A stretch of DNA of 57,062 nt, filler included, from Bipalium vagum (Eukaryota): assembly GCA_037834085.1 (NCBI GenBank). It is 3 parts of 3 records of this genome, joined end to end, with 100 filler letters (N's around TTAATTAATTAA, not from the genome) between each part and the next. Parts side by side here need not be neighbours in the genome. Positions count along the whole stretch, not along the records: positions 37,337 to 57,062 come from JBBMKC010269154.1; 2 more parts are not named here. One strand, given 5' to 3'. Within the stretch, counting starts at the first letter, position 1, and each line of letters opens with the position of its first letter. Made by a program: the position numbers and the translations under genes. Shown one piece after another: positions 51,082 to 57,062 of this stretch. The notes beneath the pieces are model-generated. The model had not been told where the DNA came from and searched no databases. It was given only the letters and a program-made list of their open reading frames with translations.

Positions 51082-51582
51082 CTTACCGGTCGACAACACC
51101 AATTGCAATTCTTCAAGTGAATCACGATATCGACTCTCATTATCTTCATATTGGCCCATCCCAACTTCCTAATTCCAGCTCGAATGAACCTGTAATAGTT
51201 GCCAGATCGAAATCTCCTTCACCCATTATTCAACCACCTGGTAACTTTTCCGACTCCGCTCTCCCGACGGGATTGAAATTCGAATCAACAACCTCATCAA
51301 CATTTTCGCGCTCTGTTGCTACGCCGAGCGCTGTAACGCCCTTCTCTGGAAACACACACGGATATAGTGCTGGATTTGATCAAAACATGCTCTGGAATGT
51401 AGCAGAACATCCTTTATCAAATTCAATGCAAATGTTATCCTCGTTCGGCCATGTTACGACTGCCCCAATTACTCCGTATAGCGAAAAATATTTTGATCCT
51501 TTCCACAGTGACTCCTCATCTCTTACAAGCAATTCGAAATCAGAGTCCATTAACATTATACGAAAGAAATCCATCAAAGGAG
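51082..51582 (+). CDS. SRGAP: srGAP exon: Ser/Pro/Thr-rich region
   Basis: tttccag acceptor, gtagat donor, phase 1-1, open throughout. Confidence 0.87.
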
Positions 51583-52843
51583 GTAGATTATTTGCATGTT
51601 TTCTTCTTTCACCTTTAACATGATTTTCTATTTGCTAATTGATAATATTTGTGGAGAAGGACCTTCGTTTTCTCTTTCACAAATCCACACTCAACGTGTC
51701 AATGTAAAGCTTCATCCTAAACAAAATATTATCATGTTTAAAAAGTGCCCTAGTCCTATAATTAATATGATGGAAGTATTAAAAGTAAAGATAAAAAGTA
51801 AAGGTGAAATAATTGAAAGTAAATTATTATCTACGTGAAAAATAAATACAATAATAATAATAAAAAAAAAATAAAGAAATATTAAAAACTAAAATAATTA
51901 AATAATAATAATTTAACGAGAAGAACCTTGTTTAAGAAAATGGGAAGAAATCTATTCGTTTTAAGTCCAGAAATCTTAAAAATGTGTCAACATTATTGTT
52001 TATGCATAAAGCCTTATATTACTGTTTCGTATTGTTGACTTTGATTGGCTCCTTCTGTAAGCCGACAGCTTAATAAGAACGATTAAAAAATAAAGTGCCT
52101 TGATGAAAAAATTTTATACTAATTTATTAATCAATTTTTTTATTATTTTTTAAAAATATATTTTTAAAGAAAAAATTGACATTTATAAAAGTTTTTTTTA
52201 TCGAAATTAGAGTAAACATCAATTAGCTTTTTAGTTTTTTGAATGTCTAAAATTCTCAAGTTTTTGTACAACCAAAAATTTGACTTTTCAAACAAATTTA
52301 ATTATCAAACCATGCGATTCTCTTTTTCTTTATTTATTTTAAATTCTATCGATTTTTTTTAATTATAAAATATTATTCTTTAATTATTGATTTAATAAAA
52401 ATCTATATTAGTAAATGAAAGATTAATACCTGATTTTTAAATATTTTTTATATTATGGGATTGAATTTTGGTATTCTCTCAATTTGTTTTTCCGCGTTAT
52501 TCCCAAGATCAATTTGTAATTTGTTAATTTTATTTAGAACTTTACATAGAAGTAATTTATTTAGATTATTATTTTGATATTTACATATACATGCTCAATT
52601 GATTTAGAAAACAATATGTACTTAATTTCTATCTTATAGATTTTTTGCTACCAATGATTAAAATACTTAGTTAAAACAAGCCAAAAGATATCTATTTTTT
52701 GTAATTATTATATATAATATTTTATATTATATAAAAATCATAAATTAAAATGTCCTTTTAGTATTCATTTTAAAAAATTATAACATTGAGTTTATTAATT
52801 ATTGTTACTAACTTGTCTGAACATGATAGAACCTTTTTATTAG

Positions 52844-53004
52844 GTGATGAAGAAATACAATCTGTCAAAAATCAACCGACAAATAGTCTAGAAGAAGGTT
52901 GTATTAGTGTAAGCAAAGATAATAGGTCTGTATCCAGCGTTCCAAATTATCCAGTATCTCAAAACAATAACTCTGAAACTGATATTGATGAGGCATTGGC
53001 AAAG
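52844..53004 (+). CDS. SRGAP: srGAP exon ending ETDIDEALAK
   Basis: TACTAAC branch point at 52806-52812, tattag acceptor, gtaacc donor, phase 1-0. Confidence 0.87.
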
Positions 53005-53068
53005 GTAACCAACAATATCTTTCTCTTTGCCATATAAATATCGATGTTACCATCAAAATAACTTTTAG

Positions 53069-53434
53069 GTTCTGAAAGGATTAGCTTCAATTCAAAATCA
53101 AAACAAACCTCTTTATCGAAGTGATCTCTTCATGACTCCTCTGATGGATCGTCCAGTAATGAACCTGTTTAAACCGGAAGCAGGAGCATCGAATATAAAT
53201 AAGGAATTAGATATCCAATATAATCCAACGAGAAAAGCAAATATTTCAAGCGAAAACGAGAGCAGTAGCAGCAAGAGTTCGTGTGACTCCATAAATGGAG
53301 TCAATGACAACAAGGAATCATCAATGTCAACATCGTCTTCTATAAACGAGAGCTCTATAGACGGCTCAATGGCATTCGTTGAACAGAAGGACTGTACGAT
53401 GCGTCGAAAAAGTACCGATGCTCAAAGCTTTTAA
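53069..53434 (+). CDS. SRGAP: srGAP terminal exon VLKGLASIQ...STDAQSF*
   Basis: ttttag acceptor, phase 0. Spliced DIDEALAKVLKGLASIQ resembles the srGAP C-terminal helix (DIE..M..AL.EL..LE). TAA stop. Confidence 0.87.
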   Translation, partial: VLKGLASIQNQNKPLYRSDLFMTPLMDRPVMNLFKPEAGASNINKELDIQYNPTRKANISSENESSSSKSSCDSINGVNDNKESSMSTSSSINESSIDGSMAFVEQKDCTMRRKSTDAQSF

Positions 53435-56400
53435 CAGTGTGTATATTATTATATAAAAATATGTTGAGATTTATTTAATGATAAAATTATGACACAACCG
53501 CTGATCGAAAGTTATTTATAGAACCGATATTGTCCATGCCTAATTGCTATGTTTTTTATTTTGAATTGAAAATACATTGAATTTATTTGGAACTGTTATT
53601 TTTATTATTATCTGATTATTTTGACTGAGGTGTAACCTTCATCACAATGACAAACAAACCAGCCATGCACATGTGTTCTGTGTCAGTAACAGGTCGATTG
53701 GAAATGAAGACAATTTTTGGTGTAAAATATATGTACTCTTCTTTACAATCTGGTACTAAGGTTAGACTAACTTGTGTGTCCGTTTTTTGGACGATATCGG
53801 AACTTCGGCAGTCAGAAGAATGAACTTCAAAAAAATGATTCTCCTCAAGTAGGTAGGCAAATAATAGTCAAAGTTAGGTTAGTGAAGAGAAGAATTGATA
53901 CGTTTTAAAATTCTCAAACCAAAATTAAACGGAATTGAATGGTATCGAGTTATTCTATTCTTTTTCTGATTAAATGTGAAAGTGAAGTCCTCATTATACT
54001 ACCTATCGTGTGCTGTTATTGAAAGTACATTTTGGATCCTTTTTGTTCATTACTGAAACCTTCCTTGTCCACAACTCGAAAGATGCGTTTGTATTTCGTG
54101 AATATTTGGTTACACTAAGTATCATCAGTTTATTTATAAACCAAGGAATGATAATTACTTGTGTTGGGTTAAGTGATTTAGGGTAGTTCTGCTAACTGTC
54201 ACCAACTCAACACAATGACTCCACGTATTAATGTAAAAAGAATGAACAAATAAGGTTGTAGTTTTTATTTTTTATATGCACAGATTACAACTTTTATTGA
54301 ATGGTTCAAATAAACTGCTTCCAAAATTTCTTGAGGTTTACTTTTATTAAAAGATAAGAGATCTTAAAAACTAATAGTAGTCTAGTTAAGTCATTAGTAA
54401 AACCACGAGTGTTGAGACTCTGAACTATTTACCAAAGATGATTAATTAGGAAAAAAATAATCAGTAACATAAGGATAATAAAAATTGGAACTAGCTAATA
54501 GATGCAGACATCAGCTAGACGGTAAAGAAGTTTCATCAGAGAATTTATGCATTCAGAAGACAAATGTTAATTCAAGAGATCATCTAAACAATTATTTATT
54601 TTTATACCGTTTAGGAGATTTGAATGTTAATCTTAATATACATAAATAAATAATAATAATATATAAGGCAATAATAATAAAAATATATTGTTGGCAGGAG
54701 AACCGATTACCAAATAATTATTAATACATATTTGATTAAAAAACTACATCGATTACGAATTGGCAGATAATAATCACTTAAATAAATATTATAGATTGGA
54801 TTATCGACTCCAATACTCTAGGATCAATTCTTTCTTGCTTTATCTTTATTTTGTTCTTCACATCAAGTAGGACGGAAAACCGAGGGCTCTTGAGAGTAGT
54901 TACCGAAGGGTGATCTATCTTCGCTTAATCTACTCTCCTGATTCGGGTTCTATCTTATATTTAAATTGTACTTAAAAATCTTATTGTTAGATTTATTTAA
55001 AATATAGTTTTAAAAAATAATTGCTATCTCAGTTTTTTCGATTTAATCCGATTTAGTCCGATTTAATGTTTAATAATCGATTGGGCGTTCATAAATCTTT
55101 TAGATTTGTACAAATATCATTTTAAAATATTATAATTACACTTAAACTTTACTTCTTACAAACGCGCACATAAATCCTTCTGGAACAAATAATCTATGCT
55201 AATTTGCCCAAACTCATCTTACATCTTCATATATTATTAACCCCCCCCCCCCCCGTTGGAGAAAACATGGCAATATTAATTATTTCAATTATTTATTAAG
55301 TTTTAATTAATTTCTTAATGAATTATTATAATTATATTATTATAATTTGTAAAAGATTGTTTTTTATATTTTAGAGTTTGGAAGCAAATCACAAATATAA
55401 AAATTTGTCGAATAATAAAATGTTTTAATCACAAAATGTAAGATGCTTTGGTAAAAAAAGCAACATTTATTTTTTAAAGCACTTTATGACATCTTTGTCG
55501 GAATTTTTGATATTTTCACTTCATTTAAGATTTTCTTTGTCACCATCGTTTGGTTTTTCTTCCCCAAGATTTCTTCATCATCATCGTCAGCCTCGTCAGC
55601 TCATTTTCGCCACTCATCGGCAGCAGATTGGAAATGATTAAACAATTAAAAGATTAACTTAGTTTTCTTCGCCAATCTTCAGCTGTGCATAAAAAATTAG
55701 AAAAAAATTAACCGTCTAAACACTGTCTAAGAAGACCTTTTTATAGGTCCCTCAATCCATTACCTATTAGAAGTTGCGAAATGACTGTATACCCTAAGTC
55801 ATAAAAGTAAACAATATCACAGTGAAAAATATAAGACCTAGTCTTTGTGTTTTTATATGTATTGAGTTCTTATAAATAGTCCTTTCAGGAGAATTCATAA
55901 AATTATACATTAAAAATTTATATTGTATTAGCCCACTACCATAAAAAGTTAATCAATAAAAAGATATTTTACACAAGAAAAATTACCATCTCACTGCTCT
56001 AACCCTTATCACCTTTCTGTTTTGAGCCTTACAGTCTGGCTAATTCAGGATATTGCCATGTAGATGAAAGAATGAGTCAGGACACAATTCATTCATGTAG
56101 GTTTACTTATTGACCCTTTTTGTTTTCAACCCACGAGCCTTGGGTATCAAACTACTTCAGGCCATTAGGTAATCCGGGGTGTAATATTATACTGAGTCGT
56201 GAATAGAATTACGATTTTTTCCATGTTTTATAAAGAAAAGAAAACTTATAAATAAATAAATAAAAGATAAAAATAAAATTAAAATAATTACAATTTGACT
56301 AAATTATTGCAAAAGAGAGGAATAAGCAATACTTAATTTTTGTTTTATTTATTTAAGAATTTTTTTTAAGAATCTTGATATTATTTTTTAAAAAGAATTT

Positions 56401-56783
56401 TAATAAATTTTTATTTTTTTTTAAAATTAAAAGAAAATTAAAATAGAATTCTTAAGTTAGTGACGATTTTAAAATTGTAAAAAATATTTAAAATTCGTTT
56501 ATAAGATTTCAGAGAAAATTGCTGGAAGACTAAGTTAATTGTTGGAATTTATTCAAATTTATGTAAGGGTAAAGTTGGATTCAACAAATATATTCAAACA
56601 TGCTCGAGAAGAATTTGTAAGTGATGTTGAGTTCTATAATTAATAGCTATCTTTGTATTTTTAATCTGTGTGTAGTTTGAAACAAAATTTTATGCACTGA
56701 TTAAATATAAATCTTTTTATTCGAGAACTTAATGAAACACCTTATATGATAAAGAATATAAATAATATTTTTTAATTGTTATA

Positions 56784-57062
56784 CCAGGTTGAGTCAAAAG
56801 TTATTAGCGTTTTTTTAATAAATTGAAATTGTTTTACTGCTTCATTATTAATATATTTTTTGGCGCAATATTATATATCATTTTAAAGCTCTTGAAAAGG
56901 TAAATCTATTTATCATAGTCATTTCATTTTTATCTATTTTTAATGTCAAATTTTATGAAGTAGAATGAGTGACCAAAAATTGATGATTCACAAAGCACAA
57001 TATATCGTCACTTGAGCAATCTTGGTTTCGTGTGCAGAAACCCTCTACAAGTTCCACACATT
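56784..57062 (+). mobile_element. Mariner left end, truncated by the window edge
   Basis: TA-CCAGGTTGAGTCAAAAGTT TIR-like start; STIYRHLSNLGFVCRNPLQVPH. Confidence 0.7.

Larger units (their letters stand above)
43428..53434 (+). other. SRGAP: Span of partial SLIT-ROBO Rho GTPase-activating protein gene; F-BAR exons not found in window
   Basis: Nine phase-compatible GT-AG exons encode F-BAR extension, RhoGAP, SH3, low-complexity linker and C-terminal helix, which is the srGAP/ARHGAP4 domain order. Confidence 0.93.

Noticed and set aside
1-57062. CRISPR arrays, operons or prokaryotic defence systems
   Set aside because: Spliceosomal genes and eukaryotic TEs throughout; no regularly spaced repeat-spacer array or operon-like ORF run seen.

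Overview
Very AT-rich eukaryotic (invertebrate-animal-like) nuclear DNA. It consists of three sequence blocks joined by two identical artificial 100-nt spacers (N44-TTAATTAATTAA-N44 at 21580-21679 and 37237-37336). Two spliced host genes can be rebuilt by hand, and the ORF track largely misses them. (1) The 3' half of a Ca2+/calmodulin-dependent phosphodiesterase PDE1 lies on the minus strand: five clear exons at 13907-3256 plus a likely terminal exon. (2) The 3' part of a SLIT-ROBO RhoGAP (srGAP: F-BAR extension, RhoGAP, SH3, C-terminal helix) lies on the plus strand: nine exons at 43428-53434. The genes point away from each other and neither 5' half was found in the ~29.5 kb between them, which fits the spacers joining non-adjacent contigs. 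Nearly everything else is decayed transposon sequence: about 16 mariner relics from several subfamilies, Tc1, pogo/Tigger, hAT-Charlie, Merlin, piggyBac, Gypsy, Penelope-like, CR1-like and RLE-type non-LTR fragments, plus MITEs, (TTA)n microsatellites and a tRNA-Ala-like pseudogene. I found no convincing new biological system. The best leads are the missing gene 5' ends, a Merlin relic, a resolvable nested insertion stack, repeated Trp-to-TGA changes in the mariner relics, and candidate alternative splicing in both genes. All family assignments come from recognising motifs by eye; no database searches were run.
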